This document shows positions 8,503 through 16,855 of a DNA stretch of 64,000 bases, piece after piece (position 1 is the first letter of the stretch; the number at the start of each line of letters is the position of its first letter). The notes below the pieces were generated by a model, which was not told the origin of the DNA, did no database searches, and worked only from the letters and a program-made list of their open reading frames with translations. Source of the DNA: a virus. The stretch lies in the IMG/VR virus record IMGVR_UViG_3300036860_000131, positions 1 to 64,000 of that record; one strand, written 5' to 3'. The position numbers were made by a program, and so were the translations under genes.

Positions 8503-8716
8503 GCTTCGCCTCCATCGCCGCCCCCTTCGCATTTGCCCTCCGCTTCGGTTTCGGCTTCGGCTTGCACTTGGCGAGTGCGAGTTCTATCTTCCGCCGCTCC
8601 CTGGCTAGTGCGCGCTTGTAGGCGCGGATGAACTTCGGATCGCGGTACAGGGCGGCGAGCGGGCTGGGCTTTGAGCTTGTGATGATCTTCGCCGCCGGGG
8701 TGGATGCTTTGCTCAC
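8495..8716 (-). CDS. hypothetical basic protein (73 aa)
   Basis: GTG at 8716 overlaps the upstream TGA (GTGA). Ends KPKPKPKRRANAKGAAMEAKRG. Confidence 0.4.
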   Translation of the reverse strand: MSKASTPAAKIITSSKPSPLAALYRDPKFIRAYKRALARERRKIELALAKCKPKPKPKRRANAKGAAMEAKRG

Positions 8717-8895
8717 GCCGCCCCCTTCGCCCGCCCGTCGCCGCAGGGGCACCGCTGGGCGCCGATGTAACCGTTTTTCACCGAGTGTTGCTCCAGGTCC
8801 TGGCACAAATTTTGCAGGAGCGGCCGCAGATGCGGAGTTTTTTGGAGCGCCCTAAACGCCTCGACTTCCAGGCTGTCCAACTCCTGTTTCGTCAT
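8713..8895 (-). CDS. hypothetical protein (60 aa)
   Basis: ATG overlaps the DnaB stop (ATGA). Confidence 0.45.
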   Translation of the reverse strand: MTKQELDSLEVEAFRALQKTPHLRPLLQNLCQDLEQHSVKNGYIGAQRCPCGDGRAKGAA

Positions 8896-10259
8896 GACGC
8901 CTCCCGCATTTCGCTCTCGTTGACGCGCTCCACCAAGCGGCAGTGGCGGCCGTCCAGGTGCAACGTCACGGCGGTATCGCGCGGCCCGTTGCGCTGCTTG
9001 GCCACGATAACCGTCACCTCGTTCGGGTCGCCGCCGTTGCGGTTGCGCCGCTCGCGCGCTGGCGCGTGCAGTAGCAGCACAACATCGGCGTCCTGCTCAA
9101 GGCTCCCGCTGTCGCGCAAGTCTGCGAGCGTCGGCTTGCGGCTCTCGGTTTCGCTCGATCGGTTCAACTGCGAAAGCGCGATAATCGGAATCTTGTGATC
9201 CACCGCCAGCAACTTCAGGCGCCGCGTGATCGCACTGATTTCCTGGTTGCGGTTCTCATGCCGGCCGTGCTGCTGGATCAGGCCGATGTAGTCCACGATC
9301 GCCAACTCGCACCGCCCCGTTTTCGTCGCCGGTATCCTGGCGCAAATGTCGGTAAGCTCGAACACGTCCGCGAAGATTTCCAGCGGCGCGTTGTCCAGTT
9401 CCGCGAGTATACGCGCGGCCCGGTGACGCTCGGCTGGCTGAAGATTGCCGGCCGCCAGAAACCCGTGCTCGATCAGCGCCTCGGACGAGATGAGGCGCCG
9501 CAATAGATCCTCCGCCGGCATTTCGAGCGAGAACATCCGGGCCCGCCGGTCGCGCCGCGCGTTGTACGCCGCGATGTTCAGCGCCATGGTGCTTTTCCCG
9601 ACGGACGGCCGCGCGGCCACCACGATGAGTTGGCCCGGCCGGAAACCGCCGGCGAGTTCGAAGTTCAGGCGCGGCCACGGCGTCGGTAGCGCATCGTTCG
9701 ATGGCCTAACGAGCAAGCCGTTCACGCCGCCCTCGACGCGCCCCACAAGCTCGCCGATGGTCCCGCGGTCGGTGTCCGTCGAGAGCGATCGCTCGAGCGC
9801 CCGCAGCTTCGTTTGCGCCTCGTGGATCTCATCGACGGCGCCGCTGAATCCCTCGGCTGCGCGTAGGTGAATCAGCGTGCTCAGCCGGTATGCCTGACGG
9901 TCGACGGCCTTGCGCCGCAGCACGCGCAGCCAGGGCCCGAGGTTCACGATCCGCACGGAGTCGAACGCCAACTCGCTCAGCGTCCCGGCGAACGGAGGTC
10001 GCTCCGCGCCGCGGTCCAGCAGCACGCGGTACACGTTGCCGAGTTCCGGTGAGCCGTGCGCGTCGGCAGCCGCGGCCGCAAGTTGAAAAATAGCGCGGTT
10101 GGACTCCACCGCGAAGTCGTCCTCCGCAACGGCCTCCCGAACCTCCGGCCAGACCTCGGCGCCGCGGGAAAGCACGTTCCCGAGCACCCACCGCTCCGTG
10201 TCCGCGTCGATGAGCCGCACGGGTAGATCGTCCACCTTCGCCGGGTTACTTTTCGCCAC
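8892..10259 (-). CDS. dnaB: replicative DNA helicase, DnaB family (455 aa)
   Basis: Walker A AARPSVGKST, DYIGLIQ, ALSQLNR and RDSGSLEQDADVV. The N-terminal domain reads ERWVLGNVL. GTG at 10259 is preceded by GGGAGA and overlaps the end of the initiator gene. The longer track ORF (to 10715) is a shadow extension. Confidence 0.9.
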   Translation of the reverse strand: MAKSNPAKVDDLPVRLIDADTERWVLGNVLSRGAEVWPEVREAVAEDDFAVESNRAIFQLAAAAADAHGSPELGNVYRVLLDRGAERPPFAGTLSELAFDSVRIVNLGPWLRVLRRKAVDRQAYRLSTLIHLRAAEGFSGAVDEIHEAQTKLRALERSLSTDTDRGTIGELVGRVEGGVNGLLVRPSNDALPTPWPRLNFELAGGFRPGQLIVVAARPSVGKSTMALNIAAYNARRDRRARMFSLEMPAEDLLRRLISSEALIEHGFLAAGNLQPAERHRAARILAELDNAPLEIFADVFELTDICARIPATKTGRCELAIVDYIGLIQQHGRHENRNQEISAITRRLKLLAVDHKIPIIALSQLNRSSETESRKPTLADLRDSGSLEQDADVVLLLHAPARERRNRNGGDPNEVTVIVAKQRNGPRDTAVTLHLDGRHCRLVERVNESEMREAS

Positions 10260-11286
10260 GGATTCTCCCTTCCGCAATTTCGCGTTCCCACCTAGCCTGC
10301 GACTCGGCCGTGTTGCGCCGTAGGGTCTCGTCGTAGGGGTCCTCGGAGTCCGCCGGCTCTGGCTCCTCCAGCCAGCGGCGCTCGCGGATGTAGCCGTCCA
10401 AGCCGCAGATAACCCCCCGCGACCAGCGGTCGCTACTCGCCCACGTTCCGCCCGGTCGCAACGGCGCCATGATCCGCTCGAATTCGGCCCCCCGCTCGGC
10501 TTCTGGCAGTGGCTCCAGGTAATCCAGCAGCAACCCCTCCGACATCGCGCGTTTGATACGGCCTTTTTTCGGGTAAGCCTGCCAGAGCTCCTCGAAGGCA
10601 TCGTGGAAACCAAACTCGTTCCCCCGCGGTAGTGAAGGAGAGGGTGAAGGTGATGGTGAAGGTGAAGGAGAAGGAGAGGGTGAAGGAGAAGGGGATGATT
10701 TTCTGAAATGGTCAACCTGTGGTTGACCTGTGGTTGACCTGTGGTTGACCTTTTCCGTAACCTCTTGTCTTTCTATTCGCTTGCGGACAAGTGCTTTTGA
10801 AACACGTTTTTTTCTGCTCAGAATTGAGTTGCGCACTCGCAACGCCTTTTCGTTGATAAATTCCCGCGGATTTTTCGGATTCGGTACGAACTTGTACGCC
10901 ATCTCGGGCCATAATTTCTCAACTTCGGCGACGCTACAGTTGCCGATTCCGGCCTGGAGAATGGGGTCCGCCGGGATAGAACCCTCGGCTATGTGGTAGT
11001 CCAGAAACTCACGGTACAAACCGCGGGCCGCGAGCGACATCTTGAGTCTTGCGATGGAGTTCCGCCAGTCCTGCACATACCACGGGTAGGAATGGACTGG
11101 GAACTTTCGACCTGGTGCCAATTCAACCCCCTTGCTGGGTTCGCCGGCGGCCGGGAGAGCAAGGCCCCCGGCCGTGGAATCCGGCTTCATTTCTGGCACT
11201 GCGGTAGCGAGCCGCAGTGTTACTCCAGAAACTATTATGTAGCCTAACAGCTTTCCGTGCAACAAGTTTGTGCGGAATTGTTTCAT
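10246..11286 (-). CDS. DUF1376 (YdaU-like) phage replication initiator/helicase-loader candidate with an (SP)n linker
   Basis: [31 protein letters not shown] matches the DUF1376 N-terminus. The C-terminal [12 protein letters not shown]...RWLE domain is common in phage replication proteins. It sits directly upstream of DnaB. Confidence 0.7.
   Translation of the reverse strand: [346 protein letters not shown]
10632..10698. repeat. polypurine/polypyrimidine hexamer tract encoding about a dozen Ser-Pro dipeptides
   Basis: GGTGAA/GGAGAA-type hexamers on the plus strand, translating to [24 protein letters not shown] inside the initiator gene. Confidence 0.85.
10710..10750. repeat. iteron-like array: GGTCAACC, then three direct copies of TGTGGTTGACC (11-bp period)
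   Basis: Read directly: GGTCAACC TGT GGTTGACC TGT GGTTGACC TGT GGTTGACC. The first 8-mer is the inverse complement of the others. An AT-richer stretch follows (10751-10880). Confidence 0.8.
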
Positions 11287-12159
11287 TCACGGCCGGGCCT
11301 TTCCGATGGTGGCGCACCCGTTGCGCGCCTCAGCGTAAAACGTGTCAGGCTTAAACACCCGCGCGATGTGCTGGGCCAACGGGAACGGTATCTTCGCGAT
11401 CATCGCGCTGGCGGCTTTGCGGGCCGCGGAGCGCGAGTTGAAGCGCCGCGTTATACAGCCGGTTTCTCGGTAGTCGGGCCGCGTCCCGTCCTCGCGCTCG
11501 TCGCTGAACCACCCGCCACCGTGGCCCTTGCGACCGTTCACCGGATTCTGCCCGTGGCCGCTTCCCGTGTTGTGCGCTTGGGCGAACCAACTGCCGCCGT
11601 TGTTCTTGATCCGCTTCTCGGCTGTCGAATTGAACGCTTCCGCTTTGTACCCAGGTTTATCGGAGCCACTCCAGTTCAGGGCTGGAACCTTCACGGCAGC
11701 CCGAGTAATCGGCATCAGCGCTGGCACGTCGCCCCACAGGTAGAAGCTCCCGTAGTGCCACCGGGCCGAGCCCACCCACGGCTGCGCGCCCTTCACGTTC
11801 TCAACGATCAGCGGAATGTGGCGGCCCGCAGCATCGCTCGCCTCGCGCTGGATGCGGAAACAGGCATCGAACAGCGCGTTATCCGGCGGCGGCAGCGCCT
11901 TGGCCCGCTTCCACGGCATTGCGCGGTAGCTGTACGCCTGACACGGCGGACTCGCCACGATCACTGCGGCGTCGCGGAACTGCGAGCCGTGGAGCGTCAG
12001 CACGTCCTGAAGCACGATTTGTGCTGGATACCGATGCTCGCCGTACACGTGGCGCTCAATGTCGAAGCCCACCACGTCGTAGCCTTCGGCGAGGAAACCT
12101 TCAGCCCAACCGCCGAGGCCGCAGAATAGGTTAATGCAGAGCGGCGTCATGTGAGTCAC
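11287..12159 (-). CDS. dcm: DNA (cytosine-5)-methyltransferase
   Basis: Motif I LFCGLGG, motif IV ASPPCQAYS and motif VI IVENV. GTG at 12159 overlaps the upstream TGA. Confidence 0.9.
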   Translation of the reverse strand: MTHMTPLCINLFCGLGGWAEGFLAEGYDVVGFDIERHVYGEHRYPAQIVLQDVLTLHGSQFRDAAVIVASPPCQAYSYRAMPWKRAKALPPPDNALFDACFRIQREASDAAGRHIPLIVENVKGAQPWVGSARWHYGSFYLWGDVPALMPITRAAVKVPALNWSGSDKPGYKAEAFNSTAEKRIKNNGGSWFAQAHNTGSGHGQNPVNGRKGHGGGWFSDEREDGTRPDYRETGCITRRFNSRSAARKAASAMIAKIPFPLAQHIARVFKPDTFYAEARNGCATIGKARP

Positions 12160-12533
12160 GGCCGGGCCTTTCGAGTGTCCGCAGCGTCTTCCACGTCGCG
12201 CATCAGCCGGGAGGCTTCCTCATCCGTCAGCCAGCGCTCCGGCTCGCATCCGAACGGGCAAGCCATTGAGCGGACGACGCCCCACAACCGGCAGATTACC
12301 GGGCGCTGCTCATAGGAGCGACACAGGCCGGTCTCCTGCGACAACACCGGACAGGAAAGCGTATCTGGGTTGAGAATAAATACGGATGAGTCATCGCGCG
12401 CGATGACCGGCAGCGGGCTGCCCATCCGCCGCCACTCCAGCGGAGTCATGCCGATCGGCCCGCAAGCCTCCTGGCACTTGCGCTGGCAATTCAGCTTCGG
12501 TATGCGGCTGTAGGTCATTGCTAAGTCGCTCAC
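12156..12533 (-). CDS. YkgJ-like cysteine-cluster (putative Zn/Fe-binding) protein
   Basis: CQRKCQEAC ... CPVLSQETGLCRSYEQRPVICRLW resembles the UPF0153/YkgJ pattern. Confidence 0.55.
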   Translation of the reverse strand: MSDLAMTYSRIPKLNCQRKCQEACGPIGMTPLEWRRMGSPLPVIARDDSSVFILNPDTLSCPVLSQETGLCRSYEQRPVICRLWGVVRSMACPFGCEPERWLTDEEASRLMRDVEDAADTRKARP

Positions 12534-12537
12534 AACT

Positions 12538-12675
12538 TCACCGCCTTTCCGTCAGTGGCGGCTTCGTCGGCGGGCGCGCTGGGCGCGGGCGGGTCTTCGA
12601 TGGGTTATAATCTTCAGGGCTTAGCATGTACCGTGCCACCAGAAAATCGCAGATCGCCTTTGCCCGTTCATCCAC
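12538..12675 (-). CDS. small hypothetical protein (45 aa)
   Basis: GTG at 12675 lies close to the upstream stop. Only the C-terminal part of the track ORF looks protein-like. Confidence 0.25.
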   Translation of the reverse strand: MDERAKAICDFLVARYMLSPEDYNPSKTRPRPARPPTKPPLTERR

Positions 12676-12871
12676 GCCGCACCTCCTCCAGCGCCTCTCG
12701 ATAGCGCTCCCTCGACCGCCACAGAGCTGGCACCGCCTCGCGCACCGTCCACCGGCCCACCGCCTGGCAGTGCTGTAGCACGCACACGGCGAGCGCCAGC
12801 GGGCCAAGGCCGGCGCGTAGGCAGAGCAGGCCGTAGGCCAGCAGCGCAGCGGAAGCGAGTGTGGTTTTCAT
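12668..12871 (-). CDS. small membrane protein (67 aa)
   Basis: ATG at 12871 overlaps the RusA stop (ATGA). Hydrophobic stretch MKTTLASAALLAYGLLCLRAGLGPLALAVCVL. Confidence 0.4.
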   Translation of the reverse strand: MKTTLASAALLAYGLLCLRAGLGPLALAVCVLQHCQAVGRWTVREAVPALWRSRERYREALEEVRRG

Positions 12872-13395
12872 CCGATGATCTCCACCGTCACCTCGATCCG
12901 CGGCTTGCTGGCGTCCTTGCGCAGCCGCGAGCCATCCCAACTTATGATCAGTTTGTCGTCCTCGATGATCCCCGCGCCGTCACGCGCCTGACGAGTCCCA
13001 CCCGGCGACATGCGCGGCGCTTGCAGCCAGTCGCCAAGCGCTTGCAGGTGGCCCGCGAGGTCGCCGACCAGCACGCGGCGGTAGAACAGCGCCGTCACCT
13101 GGACCGGCTCCGTGATCGGCAGCGCGACGCCGCGCGCCTCGATGCCGTTGCGGATGGTCGCGGCCTGTATCATGGCGTCCTTGAACCACTGCTCGTGTTC
13201 TGCGGACGGCAGCACCTTGGACCATCCGCCCTTGCCTCGGCACTTCGCACACTTGCCGTTTAGGACCATTCCGGTTGAGCTACACACCTTGCACGGGAAC
13301 CGCACGATGCGCTGCGAAGTTTTCTTCGTGCGCGGGTCGCCGAAGATGGCGAACTTCACCGCCAACTGGGCGCCGTGGTCAAGGGCGAGTGTCAT
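12868..13395 (-). CDS. rusA: RusA-family Holliday-junction resolvase with an inserted CxxCxGxG zinc-finger pair
   Basis: FGDPRTKK...LFYRR...GDL...GIIEDDKLIISWDGSRL fits RusA. The insert is CKVCSSTGMVLNGKCAKCRGKG. Confidence 0.7.
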   Translation of the reverse strand: MTLALDHGAQLAVKFAIFGDPRTKKTSQRIVRFPCKVCSSTGMVLNGKCAKCRGKGGWSKVLPSAEHEQWFKDAMIQAATIRNGIEARGVALPITEPVQVTALFYRRVLVGDLAGHLQALGDWLQAPRMSPGGTRQARDGAGIIEDDKLIISWDGSRLRKDASKPRIEVTVEIIG

Positions 13396-13419
13396 CTACT
13401 CTTCTCGCGCTGGCGCTTT

Positions 13420-13569
13420 TTACCATTCCTCGCCGTCTTCCCGGTCTATGTCCCGTCCACAGGTTTTGCAGCGCGTGAATCCACCGGATTGTGGGTCGAT
13501 AAACTCCTCATCATCGTGGTAGCCGCGTTCGTAACAAATACGCTGCTCTTTGGTAAGTTCGTCGTTCAC
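13420..13569 (-). CDS. small Cys-containing hypothetical protein (49 aa)
   Basis: GTG at 13569 preceded by AAGGA. Contains ..FTRCKTCGRDI.. The upstream part of the track ORF looks non-coding. Confidence 0.3.
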   Translation of the reverse strand: MNDELTKEQRICYERGYHDDEEFIDPQSGGFTRCKTCGRDIDREDGEEW

Positions 13570-13708
13570 GTTGACACCTTTTCCTTTGTCGCTCCGATCA
13601 TCGCGCAGCCCAAAGCCCCGGGTGTGAGTTGGGTCTGCGCCACAGCCACAACCGGAGCGCCAGAGAGCGGCTCGTTCCAGTGGAGGCGTCGCGTCTGCCG
13701 CCAACTAA

Positions 13709-13736
13709 CCCCCGCAATCCCGGCAGGAACCGGGGG
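13709..13736 (-). terminator. weak hairpin (possible attenuator/terminator) downstream of the Gp157 gene
   Basis: CCCCCG-N16-CGGGGG. On the minus strand it is followed by TTAGTTGG, only a poor U-tract. It lies in a ~220-nt non-coding gap. Confidence 0.2.
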
Positions 13737-13793
13737 CGACCCTTCCGTACACCAAGCCGCTCTCTCGCACTCAGCCTTGCTCCTTCGCTTGCA

Positions 13794-14504
13794 CTACTTG
13801 ATCTCCATATGCGAGCCACGGGGTTCCAGCCGCGCGCCGGCCACGCGAGCCTTACCGTCACCATCACATCCGTCGCACCTTACTGGCTCCGTGAAGCTGG
13901 CCCGTAATCCCGAACCGCGGCATTCAGAACATACTCCAGCTAGCGCATCCCGTACCGCTTTCTTAACCACCAGCCGTTCAACGGCGAATTCCGCGGCGCG
14001 CAGATCGGGTGCCGACAACGCCGGGCACGCCCGTAGGATCGCGGCCCACATGCTGCTGGATACTCGAATGTGGTACTCGCACAGTTCATCCGGGACAAGG
14101 CTTTCGTCGTACACCACGAGCGGCGCAAGCCCGCCATTCCCCTTCAGCGCCAGGGCGCCGGTGTTGCCCTCCAGCCGCTTGACCTTGAATGTCTCCATGA
14201 CGGCTTGGCACATCGCCTTGAGCCGGTCCACGCGGTTCGCCCACATGCGCGCTCGAGTGGCTTGGCGCTCGGATTCGTCCTTCGCGGCGGCGGCCATGAC
14301 TTCGCAGTGCCGGAGATAGGACCGGATGCCGTCCACCTTGCGGATCTCCCGCTTCAGGTACTCCGTGATCTGCGCATCGCAGGCATCGCGCTCATCCGGC
14401 GTAAGGTCTTCCGACTCACGGAAGGCCATCAGTTCGACGAGCTCTGTCTCCAGTTGAAACAGGCTCAGCGAGTGGTCGGTGGTGGTGACGGCGACGGTTG
14501 TCAT
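13794..14504 (-). CDS. Siphovirus Gp157-family protein with a C-terminal CxxCxGxG zinc-finger pair
   Basis: Coiled N-terminus LFQLETELVELM..., KVDGIRSYLR and LVVYDESLVPDE fit the Gp157 layout. The C-terminus contains CSECRGSG...CDGCDGDG. Confidence 0.65.
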   Translation of the reverse strand: MTTVAVTTTDHSLSLFQLETELVELMAFRESEDLTPDERDACDAQITEYLKREIRKVDGIRSYLRHCEVMAAAAKDESERQATRARMWANRVDRLKAMCQAVMETFKVKRLEGNTGALALKGNGGLAPLVVYDESLVPDELCEYHIRVSSSMWAAILRACPALSAPDLRAAEFAVERLVVKKAVRDALAGVCSECRGSGLRASFTEPVRCDGCDGDGKARVAGARLEPRGSHMEIK

Positions 14505-14722
14505 GAAACGGCATCCTCCACCGTCACGCCGGGTTGCCGCAACACTTCGCCGACAACTTCACGCCTCTTGGTGAGTTGCTTCACCGCCTGCCGGTGCAAC
14601 TCCTGCATGATCCGCAAGGCGATTCCCTGCTCGCCGACTGACATCGAGGCGAACAAATCGTAAAAAGTCTCGTCAACCGTTTTCGCTCGTCTCCCCATGG
14701 TTCTCCAGTTCAAAACGGACAC
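14501..14722 (-). CDS. hypothetical protein (73 aa)
   Basis: ORF coupled to the Gp157 gene (ATGA at 14501-14504). Confidence 0.45.
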   Translation of the reverse strand: MSVLNWRTMGRRAKTVDETFYDLFASMSVGEQGIALRIMQELHRQAVKQLTKRREVVGEVLRQPGVTVEDAVS

Positions 14723-15135
14723 GTGCAGTTAATCTCTAGCTCGCCGCAATTTTCGCAGCGCTCGGCGGACGATGATTCAATTGCCGGGGCCTCGGCGAGC
14801 TTGATCACCATGAGCGGGCGCCGCTGTGTTGTACGAATGGCTTTCATCGCGGCATCTTCGGTGCAGGGCACGATACGGTAGATCGAACCAGCCCCGACCA
14901 ACACGGTAAAAGGTGGAATCGCGGGAACCTTGACGACGCTGCCAGCCGGGACGCGCTGGTCGCCAATCCACTCCGACTGGTCAAGCGTCTGCTCTTCCTC
15001 CCTAAGGCCGGGACTGTCGATGCGAAACAGCACAGTGCCACCGTAAGCCTCCGTGGTCACGTGGCCGATGTGCGACTGGTGGCCCATCACTTCAACCTTC
15101 GCCCACCCGTTGAAACTCGCTTGGTTCTCATCCAT
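14710..15135 (-). CDS. hypothetical protein (141 aa) with a C-terminal Cys cluster
   Basis: GWAKVEVMGHQSHIGHVTTEAYGG..LFRID recalls a conserved phage early-protein family. The C-terminus reads CENCGELEINCTC. Confidence 0.5.
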   Translation of the reverse strand: MDENQASFNGWAKVEVMGHQSHIGHVTTEAYGGTVLFRIDSPGLREEEQTLDQSEWIGDQRVPAGSVVKVPAIPPFTVLVGAGSIYRIVPCTEDAAMKAIRTTQRRPLMVIKLAEAPAIESSSAERCENCGELEINCTCPF

Positions 15136-15144
15136 GGTTCACCC

Positions 15145-16383
15145 TCAAGACGCCACGGCGGTTTCTATCTTCTGCGCCGCTTCCCACATATCGATAATCA
15201 AGTCCTTAATCTCGCCCTTGGTTTCGTCTCGCTTCGGGTGTTTCTCCCGAAAGGCGCTTACGCAGTCGTTGTAGATATTCAAGCCGCGCTCGCCGCCGCG
15301 ATGCACGAGTTCGTTTTCCATGTGGCGGAATGCTTCCTTGATCCGGCTGCTGTCTGCGTCGATGGCAATGAAGAACTGCACCAGTTCGGCGGGTATGGAT
15401 CGCCCAGACGGATGTACGCTCGCGGCGGCAGACTCCGCACCCAGACGCGGCGACTCAGCCACTCTCCTGGTTTGCGGCGGCGGTTCCTGCTCAGACGGGC
15501 GCCCATTCTGTGGTGGCGGTTCATCCTGGCCCGACGCCGGCGGCGGGCTGTCGTCTCCGCCGAAGTCCTCGACGTCCTGCGTGAAGGCGTCAGAGCAATT
15601 GGTCACCACCAGCACCGCGGCCACCAGCGCACGCTTCTGTGCGATCTTCTGGCACGTGTTGATAACGTCGGCGACGTCGGGGTTGGGAATACGGTAGAGC
15701 GTCGTGTCGACCGTGATCTCCCACCCGCTGAACTCTTTCGTGCCGAGCTTCCGGCCCTCGACGAACTTTGCCGTCTTGGCAGTGATGGCGTCGGTGAATG
15801 CCTGCCAATACTCGGGAGCCTTGCCGTACTTGCCGTCGGTGCGCTTGGCCTCGATGGCGAACAGCGGTTCGAATGTCGTACGCTGTCCGCCGCGTATGGG
15901 CAGGTTCTTAAAGTCTGGCCGCTGCTGCGCGACCGTGGCCTCAACCCATCGATACCGGTACTTCGATTCCCACGAGTTGCACGAGCCGATGGCCTCGCCC
16001 GCCACTCTGCCGCCGCGGGTCAGGATGCAGCGGTACTCGTAATAGAACAGCGGCTCTCCGTGCTCCTTGCCGGTCCAGTCCTCGATGACGGTTTCCTTGA
16101 TGTACTTCGGCGCCAGTCCGAAGATGCTGGACAACTTCTCGGCTCCCGGCTTGAGCAGGACTTTCTTCTTTTCCTTGCGAGTGTCGCCGGGCATCGGGCC
16201 GTAGTCCTCGCCCTCGCGCATCACCTTACTGATGTACTCGTTGATTCTCTCTTTGCGTTGCACGGCCTGCTCGACCGTGAGCAGTGGCAGGAAATCTTCG
16301 GCCCGCACCGGTTCGGCGGACTCCCGCCGCACAAGCGCGCTGCTCGTTACGTCTTCGTAGGTTACTTCTAAATCTTTTGGCAT
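15145..16383 (-). CDS. putative recombination (single-strand annealing?) protein; function uncertain
   Basis: 412-aa ORF next to Gp157 and RusA. Contains LLKPGAEKLSSIFGL and an acidic/Pro-rich linker. The functional call rests on gene context only. Confidence 0.4.
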   Translation of the reverse strand: MPKDLEVTYEDVTSSALVRRESAEPVRAEDFLPLLTVEQAVQRKERINEYISKVMREGEDYGPMPGDTRKEKKKVLLKPGAEKLSSIFGLAPKYIKETVIEDWTGKEHGEPLFYYEYRCILTRGGRVAGEAIGSCNSWESKYRYRWVEATVAQQRPDFKNLPIRGGQRTTFEPLFAIEAKRTDGKYGKAPEYWQAFTDAITAKTAKFVEGRKLGTKEFSGWEITVDTTLYRIPNPDVADVINTCQKIAQKRALVAAVLVVTNCSDAFTQDVEDFGGDDSPPPASGQDEPPPQNGRPSEQEPPPQTRRVAESPRLGAESAAASVHPSGRSIPAELVQFFIAIDADSSRIKEAFRHMENELVHRGGERGLNIYNDCVSAFREKHPKRDETKGEIKDLIIDMWEAAQKIETAVAS

Positions 16384-16430
16384 ATTATTCCTCTATTCGT
16401 CGTCACTGAGGCCGTGGATGAAAATGCGGG

Positions 16431-16855
16431 TTACTCCATCCATGACACACATCCTTGCGTTGAGCAGCGCCCGTGCATGTGGCCGTTGTACGATGCCACA
16501 GAGTACCGGAGCGTGCCAACGGCGCAAGCTGGGCACGGAACCGCACCAGCGCCACCGTGCCCCTTGCCGAAGCCTTTGGCCTTCGCGTCATCCTTCGCAG
16601 CATGCGCGCATTGCTCGTGCGCTCCACGGACAGGATCCGCTCGTCGGCTTCCTTCTCGGCGTCTTCCCGGCTCATGATCTCGAACCGGTCGCAGGCCCAC
16701 GTCTCGCGACCGTTGATAAACTTCGGGATACACGGCATCGTCAGCTCTTTAGAATTCTGATAAGCCACGCCAGCACTGCAGGTCTTGTTCTGGATGCCGT
16801 TAAAATGCCGACAGGATTCAAGCTCGGATTTTATGAATTGTTCACGCAGGGTCAT
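16431..16855 (-). pseudogene. frameshifted Cys-rich early gene (two frames needed)
   Basis: Frame A (from 16855) is protein-like up to ..ERILSVERTSNA, then turns into Arg-rich junk. The -1 frame continues as ..KDDAKAKGFGKGHGGAGAVPCPACAVGTLRYSVASYNGHMHGRCSTQGCVSWME and stops at 16431. Confidence 0.5.

Noticed and set aside
10260-10715. N-terminal extension of the DnaB ORF (the track ORF runs to 10715)
   Set aside because: The extension is His/Leu/Arg/Pro-rich and lies out of frame over the initiator gene. A GTG with an RBS at 10259 gives a normal 455-aa DnaB.
11257-12129. 290-aa plus-strand ORF
   Set aside because: It is an exact antisense shadow of the Dcm gene, whose motifs I, IV and VI are unambiguous on the minus strand.
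15061-16371. 436-aa plus-strand ORF
   Set aside because: It is antisense to the convincing 15145-16383 minus-strand gene. The Arg/Leu/Ala/Gly-rich low-complexity translation is typical of a GC-rich shadow frame.
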